From Tortispora ganteri (Eukaryota): a stretch of DNA of 64,000 nt. Below, piece after piece: positions 21,461 through 32,922 of this stretch (the first letter of the stretch is position 1; each line of letters begins with the position of its first letter). Under the pieces are notes generated by a model, which was not told the DNA's origin, did no database searches, and saw nothing but the letters and a program-made list of their open reading frames with translations. The position numbers and the translations under genes are program-made. Where the stretch lies: assembly GCA_003707115.1 (NCBI GenBank), contig PPNB01000001.1, positions 372,001 to 436,000 on the forward strand, written 5' to 3'.

Positions 21461-23464
21461 TTAATTGTAGCCACGAGTGCTCTTCTTGGAATCCCATGAA
21501 TCAGCAACTGAGTCGCTAGGTGTGTATCCTTTCTGGGAAAAGCTGAAATCCTCACCACGAGCTGTGGCTCCAAGTGCATCAAGTTCCGTACCACCTTCAG
21601 TAGCCAAGTTCCGGCTTGAATCGTCCTTGATAAAAGATGCACGATCATCGCGCATCGGTGCGTACTTGCTGTCGGGGTTCTTAGAGAAGTATGCCCAGCA
21701 ACACATCACAATCACAGTAATGAGCAAAATCAATGAGAAAGCCGCATTCAATACAAAGAATACAATGCCCATAACACTATTCACTATCGCAGGCTGGCCC
21801 ATGAGATCAGAAAAGAAAAAGTAAAATAGAGCGTTCAATGTGTTGACAACTTGCATACCAATAATAATGATGTTCAAGCCACGTGATAAGTACGGTCGAA
21901 GAACGCAAACAGTAATAAGGTAGGCAATCTCAATTATGAACACTGCAATACCTTGAACTTTTCCAACAGATTGTCCAAAAGAAATAAAAGCACTCTTAAC
22001 CAAGATGTATCCAAGCAAAATTAAAATAAAATAGTAATTTCTTGCTCGATAAGGAGTGTAGAGGAAACCCCATCTGTTCAAAGTGGCCGAATCTGAGTAC
22101 AAAATATAAGCGGGGTTCTTGTGTAATGCAATAGATTTGCGAGCAAGTTTAAAAACCATAAAAGAACCCCACAACAAAAGCACACAAGAAATAATCAGCA
22201 AAATAACAGCAAAAACTATGCACGCAGGAGAATCATTAGACATAAACTCCCAGAAGCACAAAATGGTGGTCTGAGGAAATGCTAGCAATGTCATTCTAAA
22301 CATGACTCCCTTTAAGATAGCCTTCCAGTTATTTCTGTAGCTGTAGAAGCGATGGAAAACAGCAACTTCACGCTTACCCATCAATTCAAGGAACAGTTTA
22401 GCAAGAAGCATAACGATGACAATGCAAAAGATGATGAAGAGTAAGAAAACCATTCCTGTGAGGAAGAAGTTGGTAGTTTCTATGCCAGCCTTGTAGGAGA
22501 TACGGCGAATTCCATGTAATACAAGGGCGGATGTTGAGGTAGTAGTAGAACTTTCGTCACCGTCTTCATCGTCCCGCACAAAAATGGCACGGCGAACCAA
22601 GCTTATACCTTCCTCGACAAATCGCTTAGTGAGTTTCTTTTGAACAAGAACAGAACGTTGCGTCCTGAGAAGGGTGCTGGGAGTGCCTCCTGTAGCCTGG
22701 ACGTACCAATTGAAAATGTTCTGCATAAATGTGACGCGAACAATTCCAAGAGACCAAATGAAGTTTTGAGCCCAAGCAGAAGCAATTGGTGGCACACGCT
22801 CAACGGCTTCCATATTTACTATAGCCACACTTTGGAAGTATCCGAAAAGAGCGAGAGTGGTAGCGGCAATGTTGGCAGCAGTCGATGAATGTCCCATAGC
22901 GCCGAATACTCCTGAAGTTATAAGAGCAATACCAGATATGACAGCTGTAACCCAGCCAACTACGGGCTGGTATACGGTTTTGGTGTTAGAAAGAGAAGCT
23001 TGGACGCAGGCAATCTTGTTTCCGATATCGTTCGCGGTTGTACCGTTGTACACCTCGACAGTTACAACACCATCGAGATCCGGGATAGTATACGCGATAC
23101 CAGGAATTTGGTCCAATAAATCTTCTTCAATGTTATAGGTAGAAATAAGGTCGAATGTTCCCGGCGTTGCAGGACAAAGCTGGGCAAAGCCTTGAGAACA
23201 GGGATCCAGAATCTTAGTGATAATGTCCAAACCGTAAGCGGTGACAATTACCTTAGCGTAAACGTATCCTGAGATTGTCGAAATAGCTTGCACCGAAAAA
23301 TCTAAGGTTCCATTATCTCTGTATAGATCAAACTCGAACTCGGAAGCAGTGAATCCGGAGTTATCCATGCACGTCGATAAGGATCCTGAACGTAACATCT
23401 GGACCGCTAACGCGGGGGCAGCAAATAAACCCACTATTGCAGGAGAGAGGAAATTAAGGCGCAT
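21461..23464 (-). CDS. FLC/Pkd2-like TRP-family membrane protein (flavin carrier family)
   Basis: Signal peptide, ML-like domain (TCMDNSGFTAS, IPGIAYTIPDLD), WYVQATGGTP, HKNPAYILYSD...WGFLY and multiple TMs. The FLC1/2/3 paralogue cannot be resolved. Confidence 0.92.
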   Translation of the reverse strand: MRLNFLSPAIVGLFAAPALAVQMLRSGSLSTCMDNSGFTASEFEFDLYRDNGTLDFSVQAISTISGYVYAKVIVTAYGLDIITKILDPCSQGFAQLCPATPGTFDLISTYNIEEDLLDQIPGIAYTIPDLDGVVTVEVYNGTTANDIGNKIACVQASLSNTKTVYQPVVGWVTAVISGIALITSGVFGAMGHSSTAANIAATTLALFGYFQSVAIVNMEAVERVPPIASAWAQNFIWSLGIVRVTFMQNIFNWYVQATGGTPSTLLRTQRSVLVQKKLTKRFVEEGISLVRRAIFVRDDEDGDESSTTTSTSALVLHGIRRISYKAGIETTNFFLTGMVFLLFIIFCIVIVMLLAKLFLELMGKREVAVFHRFYSYRNNWKAILKGVMFRMTLLAFPQTTILCFWEFMSNDSPACIVFAVILLIISCVLLLWGSFMVFKLARKSIALHKNPAYILYSDSATLNRWGFLYTPYRARNYYFILILLGYILVKSAFISFGQSVGKVQGIAVFIIEIAYLITVCVLRPYLSRGLNIIIIGMQVVNTLNALFYFFFSDLMGQPAIVNSVMGIVFFVLNAAFSLILLITVIVMCCWAYFSKNPDSKYAPMRDDRASFIKDDSSRNLATEGGTELDALGATARGEDFSFSQKGYTPSDSVADSWDSKKSTRGYN

Positions 23465-24028
23465 AATTTTAGGCAGATGATTTGTGAGCTTTTTTAACGA
23501 AGGTATACCTTATTCCTGTAGAAGGCACGCGTACAACCGTGAACGGGGTGACCTAGCCTCTTTTTACAATTTGCCTGAAAGAACGCGTTCGTATCTCTTC
23601 AATATCCAAAAGAGACGAAAAATCAGCAATATAAAGGTTCCTTATATTGCAAGAAAAAACTAGAGTTGTATGTCACTTTTGTGGTAAACACAGTGAGATT
23701 ACAAGGAGAAAAGTAGAAGGCGGTTGGTGAAGGCGGTAGGGGGGATGTAGGTGTTTTGCGTTATGTGGACAAGTTAAGTAGTCAAAGCAGCAAAGAAGGC
23801 TTTGACGTTAAGATTAAAGTTATAATCGTTTAAAAAATCTTATAGGGTGAGCTGAATGTCACCCTAATTATAATAGAATGCATAGTCTAGTGATGTTTAT
23901 TGCTATTAAAACTGCTTTCATAAGTTAATAGAGGCTGTTTATGTATAAACTGACATTTTATGACGCCTGTAAAACAATTTCTGGTGATCTATCGAATGTG
24001 TGCCGTTCATGTCAAAATTTGTGTGTAG

Positions 24029-24038
24029 CTAAAAATAG
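24029..24038. promoter_or_regulatory. Rlm1/MEF2-type box CTAAAAATAG upstream of the FLC gene
   Basis: Exact match to CTA(A/T)4TAG about 565 bp upstream of the FLC ATG. Confidence 0.45.
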
Positions 24039-24588
24039 TACAAACAAGCTTTTATATGAAACGCTGTCGCCCGTATAGGTTGGTTGTATTATACTTGCTC
24101 GTCAGACATGCTAATGTTACTCAGCCGTAGTTTTATACTGACTGATTTTCATAACATTTTACTTACCATTAATAATGGATCTATATTTTTTTGACATATA
24201 ATGGTTATGGCACAGTACTGCACATTCCCGACTCCATTAAATTGACCTGGTCGCTAAACTCTTTATTCTATGGCGCGGGTAATATAAATGTAACATGTAC
24301 TTTGCCGCTGGTTCATTACTATATAGCATTCTTTTGCTTAAAGCATTTTCAATGTTTCTTACTTTGCAATATTATCTGATCAGCCTATAGCATTACGATT
24401 CCAGTTGTAGCGCCCTCTTTTCGCATATCTTATGCGAACAGAATCGCTTGGTTCTAACTTTTAATGCAAATATTTTTGTTGGGTTAGGGTAATATTGGGA
24501 ATTGCCCAATTGGGGCCGTACTACTCTGTACTTATTTTTTCCATTTTTCTTCACCCTCAGCATTTGCATCGTATTGCTGTGTACAGGA

Positions 24589-26133
24589 ATGCCTCGAGCT
24601 GATAAAATGCTGGAAGACGAACCTCATGAGAAGCGCCGCAAGGTTGAGAAAGACAATGAATCTTCTAGTTCTGAAGAGGAAGACGGCGACGTCGAACAGG
24701 CTGTGCAAGACGAGTCCGATCCGCTCAGTTTCAACAGTTTGGATCTGTCGAAGGCCACGCGCCAGGCTATTAAGGAAATGGGATTTACTAAGATGACTCC
24801 TATTCAAGCTAAAGCTATTCCTCCTCTTATGGCTGGCAAGGACGTTCTTGGAGCCGCAAAGACTGGTTCTGGCAAGACACTTGCCTTTTTGATTCCAGCA
24901 ATCGAAATCCTATCTAACTTGCGATTCAAGCCGCGAAACGGCACTGGTGCCATTGTTATTACCCCTACGCGCGAACTGGCACTGCAGATTTTTGGCGTGG
25001 CTCGTCAGCTGCTTGAACATAGTCATTCGCAAACTGTAGGAATCCTGATTGGAGGCGCCAATCGACGCGCAGAGGCAGAAAAGCTAACTAAAGGAGTCAA
25101 CTTGATCATCGCAACGCCTGGAAGACTTTTAGACCACTTACAAAACACTCAAGGATTTGTCTTTAAAAACCTGAAAGCTTTGATTATAGACGAAGCTGAT
25201 CGGATCTTAGAAATTGGATTCGAGGACGAGATGAGACAAATTGTCAAAATTCTACCTTCGGAAGACCGTCAGAGTATGTTATTTTCTGCTACACAGACTA
25301 CTAAAGTTGAAGATCTCGCACGCATATCGTTGAGACCTGGACCTCTGTATATAGATGTTGCAGAAGAAGACAAAGATGCACCTGATGCCGCTACCGTATC
25401 CGGACTAGAACAGGGATACGTTGTCTGCGACTCGGACAAGAGATTTTTGTTGCTATTCTCCTTCTTGAAACGCAATTTGAAGAAAAAAGTGATTGTGTTC
25501 TTATCTTCATGCAACTCCGTCAAGTTCTATGCGGAACTGCTGAATTATATTGATTTGCCAGTTCTAGACTTACATGGGAAACAAAAACAACAAAAGAGAA
25601 CGAACACTTTCTTTGAGTTCTGCAATGCTAAACAGGGTATCCTTGTGTGCACGGATGTCGCAGCACGAGGACTTGATATTCCAGCCGTTGATTGGATCAT
25701 CCAGTACGACCCTCCAGATGACCCCAGGGACTACATTCACCGTGTAGGACGCACGGCACGAGGGGTGTCTGGTGCTGGCAAATCGTTAATGTTTCTAACT
25801 CCTAGTGAAGTGGGATTCCTCAGATACCTCAAAGCGGCTAAGGTGCCACTGAATGAATACGAGTTCCCATCCAACAAGATTGCCAATGTGCAGTCGCAGC
25901 TGGAGAAGCTTGTTGCTTCTAACTACTACCTAAATCAAAGCGCAAAAGATGGCTATAGAGCATACTTGCAAGCCTACGCGTCACATCATTTGAAAAACGT
26001 CTACCAACTGGACAAGCTTGATCTTGCCAAAGTTGCCAAATCGTATGGCTTCTCAGTCCCCCCGAAAGTCAACATCAGCATAGGTACTTCCGGTAAAGTT
26101 AAAGGCAGGGAGAATTACAAGCGTAAAAGATAA
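24589..26133 (+). CDS. HAS1: DEAD-box RNA helicase Has1 (DDX18)
   Basis: [33 protein letters not shown] and HRVGRTARG. First ATG at 24589. Confidence 0.97.
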   Translation: MPRADKMLEDEPHEKRRKVEKDNESSSSEEEDGDVEQAVQDESDPLSFNSLDLSKATRQAIKEMGFTKMTPIQAKAIPPLMAGKDVLGAAKTGSGKTLAFLIPAIEILSNLRFKPRNGTGAIVITPTRELALQIFGVARQLLEHSHSQTVGILIGGANRRAEAEKLTKGVNLIIATPGRLLDHLQNTQGFVFKNLKALIIDEADRILEIGFEDEMRQIVKILPSEDRQSMLFSATQTTKVEDLARISLRPGPLYIDVAEEDKDAPDAATVSGLEQGYVVCDSDKRFLLLFSFLKRNLKKKVIVFLSSCNSVKFYAELLNYIDLPVLDLHGKQKQQKRTNTFFEFCNAKQGILVCTDVAARGLDIPAVDWIIQYDPPDDPRDYIHRVGRTARGVSGAGKSLMFLTPSEVGFLRYLKAAKVPLNEYEFPSNKIANVQSQLEKLVASNYYLNQSAKDGYRAYLQAYASHHLKNVYQLDKLDLAKVAKSYGFSVPPKVNISIGTSGKVKGRENYKRKR

Positions 26134-27701
26134 GCCTATTTATTGCCAATATAATGACACTGAGTTTCCTTCCTGCTAATTTTCAGGCAACTCGATAAAC
26201 TGTATCAGTGTATGTATGCTTCACTGTCACAGTCGTGAAAGCTGCCATTCATAACACTCTCTTTTACGTGAGTACGCTAAAACACTAAACGAATCATATA
26301 ATTATTAACTACTAATAATCCAACAAAAATATAACTAATATTGTAGGGTTTTCTAATTTAGATACTACTAAACGTGATAATTGAATGTTAGCCCTATACC
26401 AGCCCTTACTAAAACCTCAGCCTCGCAGTCACGTTGAACCGCATTCCTCCCAATATTGTAAAATAAAGTTCTTGCTATTGGGACATTAACAGCCAATCAG
26501 AATCCTGTATTAACTATCAATGGGACCAATGTCTCGATTCGTAATTCCCACGATTGTCCATCCTATTACATTTTAGTTGTGTCCAATCTGCTAATTTCTA
26601 AGTATCCTTGCCCTTAGGACTATTACTTATATTTCAACGCACTTTTATAACAGTTTATGCACTATAAAATGCACGCTATCCCCCAGTACTGTCTCCAGCT
26701 CTCAGGATTGTAGCATTTTCCATGAGATTCTTAACAGGGTTAGGATTATCATATCCCTGGGCAGTTAACCAATCAAAGGCTGTTGGGACACAGTCACGCT
26801 CTCCTACTGGTTATCCCCGCCCTCCGCAAACTCCCAAGCAAGAGGGTAGTAGGCCCCTCCCCCTTTTCCATCCCCCAAGCCGTTCTGTAAACTCCCACTT
26901 GACGTGCACTTTCACCTATCATCATAGATATTTTGACTGTGTTTATTCACTTATTGTTGCTCTTGAGACCTTGATTATCATTCATATAAGGTTTCCTTGC
27001 TTTTATATTTCTTCTGTTGGATTTAAATTTGCCGAATCCCGCGGAATCTGGTCTTATAAGCAACTCCTGGCTACTCCTTTTTTCTTAGCCTCCCGAGAGT
27101 TCCCAATCAGCTCATTCATACCTTCTCATATCTGCCCACGGAGCTCACTCGCCCGTTCTATTTTCGAACTATCGCGCTTCGTTCTTTGCGACTCCATTCC
27201 TTTTTTTGGTGCTGTCTACTGTGTCTGACCCTACAGCTACCTTAACTGTGTAAGACAATCGTGCTTAACTTCGTCTCACAACTACTTTATATCCTCGCCT
27301 GATCACTCACACGGCTGAACATTATACTCCTCTCTTTGTTAGAAGTTGTCTCGCCCTGCTTAGATTAATATCTCAAAGCGAGATTAAGAGTAAATTATTC
27401 GAAACTCCATTGCTTCCCCTGAAACAACGCAGCATCTAGTTTCTGACCTACAGGTTTGTGTTGTTACTCAAATAGTCATCGGGCAACTGAACGTTTTAAT
27501 CTATATCGTTCGTATCACCCTTATCTAATCATCGGCGTCGTGTGTGTTTATTTGCTACCTTGTTCACCCTGATATTCCCTCTACTTCTGAACACACCCTT
27601 CGCCTCCTTATCGCCTTTAAACGCAACTGCTCGTCAAATAACTCAGCACCATAGATTTGTGTTTGTGTTGACGGCTTTCTAAATTCGCTTTTTTCTAAAG
27701 C

Positions 27702-28487
27702 ATGGCCAGTTCTGAAGCTCACGGACTGCTAGCCATCTGTGACGCTATTGACGCTGTTGAAGGAGTTCGATTCCCTCGTTATCAAACTACCCAGCTTCCT
27801 CCACCTCATTCAATCATCTCGGGTTCCGCATATTTCGACACAAGAGATTCTAGACTTCCTCCTATCGATCCTCGCTTCTTACCTGATCAGCGCAATACCG
27901 CTCCGGCTACTACTGAAGAGCCACCTTCGTTGTCCTCATCAATCTCTAGCCTTGCCAGTTCTACAATGAGCTCTTATTCCGCCAACTCCCCTTCGAACTA
28001 CCCTCCTGGTAGTTCTAACAACGCCGCCACTGCCCCTGCGAAGGCTGAGGAGCTTCCAAAGCCTCCACCTAGAACAACTAGCTCACATGGAGGTAGAACT
28101 AGCACCAACACGTCTAATGGCACCCAGGTGTACCGCTCTGAAGAGTGCCATATATGTGGTCGTATATTTAAAGGTCCTAAATCCTCTACTCACAAGCAGC
28201 AACATATACGTCGCCTTCACCCTGATGATTATATCCCGAAGCGAGGCGGAAAGAAGCGAACGGTCCTTGACCCAGCATTTGCTTCTCAACAACAAAAGTT
28301 CTCGATGAATTTAAGTGCACAACTTAATGCTCAAAAATCAAAATTCCTACCTGTGTCACCTGGAGGCCCGCAGCTTGTTAAACCTACAAAGGACGTTGAC
28401 TCGCCTAACTCTGCTGGACACTCGGAATCTTCTATGTCGCCAAACTTCGATCCTTCGTCTGCGGAAGCTCGGTATCGTCCTTATTGA
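27702..28487 (+). CDS. single C2H2 zinc-finger protein, probable transcription regulator
   Basis: CHICGRIFKGPKSSTHKQQHIRRLH followed by basic KRGGKKR. Ser/Pro-rich flanks and a long upstream region. Confidence 0.8.
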   Translation: MASSEAHGLLAICDAIDAVEGVRFPRYQTTQLPPPHSIISGSAYFDTRDSRLPPIDPRFLPDQRNTAPATTEEPPSLSSSISSLASSTMSSYSANSPSNYPPGSSNNAATAPAKAEELPKPPPRTTSSHGGRTSTNTSNGTQVYRSEECHICGRIFKGPKSSTHKQQHIRRLHPDDYIPKRGGKKRTVLDPAFASQQQKFSMNLSAQLNAQKSKFLPVSPGGPQLVKPTKDVDSPNSAGHSESSMSPNFDPSSAEARYRPY

Positions 28488-28801
28488 TGGTGCCGTCTGT
28501 TTGTGGCTCTGGCTTCAAAGAAGCTATGCTTCTTCTACTACCCAATTGATAAGGATTTTTTATCAGTTTGGTTTCATCATGTTTTGGGCCCTCCAGTTCG
28601 CACACTAAGTAATCTTTGTTGGTTCTCTACTTTATTTTGCCTTGGTTCGTTAGTTGACTTCTATCAAAATGGCTCATGTCCATAAAATGTTTAGCATCTT
28701 TATGTTTAAAGTTCCAGCTAAAAGTCCACTAAGCTCTTAATGCTATGTTTTTTCTATTGTGTTCAATTACTTTCATTATCGTATTGATTGTAACATTAAA
28801 G

Positions 28802-30616
28802 TCATAAATTAAGTCTCTTTTTGCGTGCAGGCGGCGCTGAAGCATCGTCTATGTTTCTTTCAAAGTGATTGTTCTTCCTCTTCAGGTAAGATTTATGCGA
28901 ATCGGCTATTTTAGCAAATACTCCTCTCGGATTACCAAACTGTAGAGATCCATTAAGTGCAGCAGCAGCTAACTTTGCTTGCATTGCACTAGTAAAATTG
29001 AGATAGACGTATCGCATATCGTTCTTTGGGGCGGCTTTAGGTATATACACCCGTTTTATTCCACAATGTTCACCGACAACACTGATTACAGTCGCTTTAA
29101 TCGTGTCTTCATCAAGATTTACCGGCACAAAGTTGAGAATGACTTCCTTAGAAAGATTTGCTCTTTCGTAGAATGTTTTCTGGTTTAGTTCACCGGTATG
29201 CTCGTCCTCATTGGGTTCTTCGTGCCGTGCTGTAGGGCTGGGTGCGCTAGGAGTTTCTTTCGCATAGAGCTCATTTTTTAGCATATCCAAAGAAATTGTA
29301 GTTTCAAGGAACAAAAGATCTCTTTCGTTTGATAAGCGCACATCAGAGTCTATTGGTGCCACCAGGTTCAGATACCTTGCTTGCGCTAACAGTTTAGAAT
29401 AGTGGTTACTAGACCGTTCAAGACGGTGGAAGCTCTTCATTAAAAGTGAGAGTTGTAATGATAAGTCAGTGGACATCTGGAAACGAGGATTTTTTATAAT
29501 AGGACCAGCTGAGACTGTTTGATAGAACGTGGGTATATCGCCGTACTTTTTTTGCATGATACCCCATATTTTAGCAGCGAGTTGGTTCGATTCATAGTCT
29601 AAGAAGAGGTAGACAGAATATACAATGCTGAATCCTGCTGGAAGCGGGTAGTGGAACTGCCTGCTAGAGTGGACTTTAGCGAGGCATTCGGGGGCATTTA
29701 TAATTACTTTGGCTATGTTAAGCACGAACTCTTTAATTGGTGGACAAGGTGCAGACTTGTGTCTGCAAAAGAATGCCAGTATGAGTAGAGCCAAGTCAGA
29801 GAATGAGGAGATAAACGACTCAGATATACTGAATAGGGAAATCAATAATTCCATAGGCAGATCACTAATACAAACCATTGAGGCCAGAAGAGAGCCATCA
29901 GTTAAGGAAGACCGCATAGCAAACAGATCCTTTAAGATTCGAATGTCACTAGAAGGTTCAGATGATTTACGGTTAGAAAGAAACAGAGCCTTTCCGAGCG
30001 GTATGCAGTACGGGAACTGAGCCAGTAGGTCCATTAGCACTGCAGAAAGATAGTCGTGATGGTATCTGCCAAGGGGGCTGGAGGACATGTGTAGAAGCTT
30101 TGAAGCATGCTCAACTTTGCCTGCAGGTGTGTGAGTCAGGCTGGTACGCCACGATATTATTACAGAAACATAGTTTGATGTTTCCTGGTATATTGATTCA
30201 AGTTCCGACAATATTTCGGCAGCATTCGGCAGCGATTGGATGAGAAACTTAAAGTCAGCGTACGTTGCAAGTATGTTGCGATGAGGTACCATGAGGCGCT
30301 CCCTGTACGCTTTGATCAATCGATCGGTATCAGAGTTAAGTGCTTCTACGTAGAGAGAGAAGAGATTTTGGCTGTTTTCGAAATCGAACTGACAAATATG
30401 GTAGTAGTTGCAGATCACATCCACCTGGCGCGTTGAGGCCGCGTGCCGCCAGTACGTGTCGGTGAAACCCAGGTAGACAGGGTATAGTGGTGGCTCGACA
30501 GATTCATCAATTTCATTTAGGTAAACGACAAAATTTTCGAACTCAAAAAAAGAGTCACAAGTGTATAGAAGCGGGAGACTTGCGACTGAATCGAGCAAGT
30601 CATTGATGGAGTCCAT
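28802..30616 (-). CDS. helical-repeat protein with C-terminal RRM (possible Prp24/SART3-like)
   Basis: Long ORF, with ATG 30616 taken as the likely start. C-terminal RRM-like segment (VILNFVP...RYVYLNF..A..A...LNG) and terminal NLS PARKKR. Confidence 0.7.
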   Translation of the reverse strand: MDSINDLLDSVASLPLLYTCDSFFEFENFVVYLNEIDESVEPPLYPVYLGFTDTYWRHAASTRQVDVICNYYHICQFDFENSQNLFSLYVEALNSDTDRLIKAYRERLMVPHRNILATYADFKFLIQSLPNAAEILSELESIYQETSNYVSVIISWRTSLTHTPAGKVEHASKLLHMSSSPLGRYHHDYLSAVLMDLLAQFPYCIPLGKALFLSNRKSSEPSSDIRILKDLFAMRSSLTDGSLLASMVCISDLPMELLISLFSISESFISSFSDLALLILAFFCRHKSAPCPPIKEFVLNIAKVIINAPECLAKVHSSRQFHYPLPAGFSIVYSVYLFLDYESNQLAAKIWGIMQKKYGDIPTFYQTVSAGPIIKNPRFQMSTDLSLQLSLLMKSFHRLERSSNHYSKLLAQARYLNLVAPIDSDVRLSNERDLLFLETTISLDMLKNELYAKETPSAPSPTARHEEPNEDEHTGELNQKTFYERANLSKEVILNFVPVNLDEDTIKATVISVVGEHCGIKRVYIPKAAPKNDMRYVYLNFTSAMQAKLAAAALNGSLQFGNPRGVFAKIADSHKSYLKRKNNHFERNIDDASAPPARKKRLNL

Positions 30617-30686
30617 GTCTAAGATGCTAAAGTGTAGGTAACCAAGGGCAAATGATTTCACTTGACTTTTACTTCACCAGTCAATC

Positions 30687-31463
30687 ATGATGCGAAGATA
30701 TTTAGGTCCACAAATATGTCGACGAATGTTCTCTAATCAGATAATTCTGAGAAATAACGGAGACAGTTTATTTGGTAAAATATCTAAACCTTCTGGTGCG
30801 AAACCGAATGAACTGTTGACAGCCGAACCCGCTGAAGAACCTGCCGAAGACGAAAATCTAATGAGATTCATTCACCCTAAACCAAAAAAACCATACGAAG
30901 TTTACCTGGATGAAATGGAACAGAAACTGTATTTAGCACAAAAGGAAGGCGCTGCTCTTGATGAAGAACTTAAGAATCACCGTTTAATAGTTAACAAGAC
31001 ACTGCAGAAGAAACTCGAACCGTCAGCATATGTCCAGACTGAGCGGTTCCGTCATTCCGTGAAAAAAGCCACACCATTCCTGAGAATGATTTCAAGGAGA
31101 AGTCTCGCTGACGCGATTAATCAGTGCGATTTTTCACCTAAAAGAGTAGCTCAGCATACCGGCGTTCTGCTCAGAAAAGCAAAGGACCATTGCGAGCGAC
31201 TTGAAATGGGGCCCTTATCTAACCTCTACATTGACCAAATATGGGCGTGCAAGTCAGGCGCCACATTAAAAGAAATGAAACCAAGAGGCAGAGGTCGTAC
31301 GGGTATTATCGATCACAAATTTATAAAGATATATGCCATAATTAAGACCTCTGAGACAAAGGCCAGATTCGCTGAGCAAAAGCTTAACCGACTAAAAACA
31401 CTCGCATCGCGTGTGCCTAACAAAAGGATATATGGTTCTCCCGGTTCTTTCTACAGGTGGTAA
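30687..31463 (+). CDS. MRPL22: mitochondrial ribosomal protein uL22m
   Basis: Presequence; HSVKKATPFLRMI, AINQCDFSPKRVA, LYIDQIW and PRGRGRTGII. Confidence 0.9.
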   Translation: MMRRYLGPQICRRMFSNQIILRNNGDSLFGKISKPSGAKPNELLTAEPAEEPAEDENLMRFIHPKPKKPYEVYLDEMEQKLYLAQKEGAALDEELKNHRLIVNKTLQKKLEPSAYVQTERFRHSVKKATPFLRMISRRSLADAINQCDFSPKRVAQHTGVLLRKAKDHCERLEMGPLSNLYIDQIWACKSGATLKEMKPRGRGRTGIIDHKFIKIYAIIKTSETKARFAEQKLNRLKTLASRVPNKRIYGSPGSFYRW

Positions 31464-31552
31464 GGTCATACCTGCCTTTTAATGGGTTACGAAAACATAT
31501 GTATGTATATGTGCGTATCTCCAAAGAATTATGTATGCACATTGTATATGTC

Positions 31553-32758
31553 TTATAAGTCTATTTTGCTGTAGGAGGGCCGTATTTCTGACTCAAAATA
31601 TTCATCTGGTCTCATTCCCAACGGAATTTTAGGCGGTCTTCTTGGAGACGTCGAATCTGAAGTCCAACCTTTTGTGTTGCACCACGTTTGATTCCCCTGA
31701 TATCCGCCAGCGCCTGGATCCACTAGATCGCTATGGCTTTTCGGTTGATAATCAAATAATTCTGAAGGCATAGGCGCAATATCAGTGAAATTATCCGGGT
31801 TGTACACTGGTTTAGGCAGTTTTATGCTACCCAGCGAGTCTGCAGAATAAGGAATGTAAACAGTAGGATTATTATATGTAGCGTCAGCCTTGCCTGAGTC
31901 ATCATTGCCACTAGTTTTGTCAGCCGACTGAGTGTCAATTCCGGTACCGACAGGTTTCCTCTTCACAGCAGTTTTCCCGCTGATCGGCGATGTGCTCATA
32001 GTGGCCTGGTGGCTGATTTCTAGATCAGAAGGTAGTGGAGGTATCTGGAATGTAGAAGGGGGTCGTGGCCCGTGGAGAGGTGATGGCGGTCTATCGGTTC
32101 TTATCGGCGAACGTGGGCGCTGAAGTTCAGGAAAACTAATTGGCCGTTCAGAGGAGGTTGCAGGAAAAAGACGGTTAGGAGAAGGAGAGCGGCTATGTGT
32201 GGGCAGTTCTGTGGGAGGCAGTGAGGGTAGCGGTCTGAGGGACTCGAAAGATGACCTTGAGACAGCAGAAAGCGGACTTGATGAAGGTGACATTTTTCGA
32301 ATTGTATGATTCAAGATCGATGCAGAAGGAGAATACGGTATTCTTTGCGGGACTGTAGGTTTAGCCTTATAGTAAGTCATTTCGATGAATATATCGCCAG
32401 CATACCTCGATCGATTGTAGATCTTATGGTAGCCGTCGTAGCCCACTTTGGGGTTGGACACAAATGCCGGCTCTAAATCTATATCAGTATCACCTATAAG
32501 AACTATTTTGGAAGATTGCTGGTCAAATACAGACAATTTCAACGATCTGTGGTCTACGGTTGCCTGTATATTGAATCTCATCTCATGGTTCCATCGAGGG
32601 GTTTGTCCAGCATTTGTGTCCACAGGAGTGTTATGTGCAATATTAGCAACTCTGGCGACACAATACGGGGACTGTTTACCTAAAGATCGTACATTATTGA
32701 GGTGTTTGCCCTGCATTATTACGACAACAAGCGTCCCTAAAGAGGTTTGCTCGTCCAT
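31553..32758 (-). CDS. INN1: C2-domain cytokinesis ingression protein Inn1/Fic1
   Basis: N-terminal C2 domain (LGKQSPYC, AGQTPRWNHEMRF, AGDIFIEMTYY) and a PxxP-rich tail ending PPKIPLGM..DEY. Confidence 0.85.
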   Translation of the reverse strand: MDEQTSLGTLVVVIMQGKHLNNVRSLGKQSPYCVARVANIAHNTPVDTNAGQTPRWNHEMRFNIQATVDHRSLKLSVFDQQSSKIVLIGDTDIDLEPAFVSNPKVGYDGYHKIYNRSRYAGDIFIEMTYYKAKPTVPQRIPYSPSASILNHTIRKMSPSSSPLSAVSRSSFESLRPLPSLPPTELPTHSRSPSPNRLFPATSSERPISFPELQRPRSPIRTDRPPSPLHGPRPPSTFQIPPLPSDLEISHQATMSTSPISGKTAVKRKPVGTGIDTQSADKTSGNDDSGKADATYNNPTVYIPYSADSLGSIKLPKPVYNPDNFTDIAPMPSELFDYQPKSHSDLVDPGAGGYQGNQTWCNTKGWTSDSTSPRRPPKIPLGMRPDEYFESEIRPSYSKIDL

Positions 32759-32922
32759 GTTTATTTTCTGGTAGGCTTTGTCGTTGGGAGGGAATGAGAA
32801 GCGCGAACGGGAAGAGAAACATGGTGGGCCTATGGCTGTTGCAAAGGTCGATGCTGTTGACTTAAAGCAAAAATAGGTAAATGAAAAGCTGCTAATCAGC
32901 TCTATAAGCGGATAAGCATGAA

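Noticed and set aside
24973..24990. Possible alternative yeast CUG code
   Set aside because: CTG occurs at conserved Leu positions (HAS1 RELALQ is encoded CGC GAA CTG GCA CTG CAG), consistent with the standard code.
26722..27228. 168-aa ORF upstream of the C2H2 gene
   Set aside because: Low-complexity translation of pyrimidine-rich promoter/5' UTR DNA; no domain.
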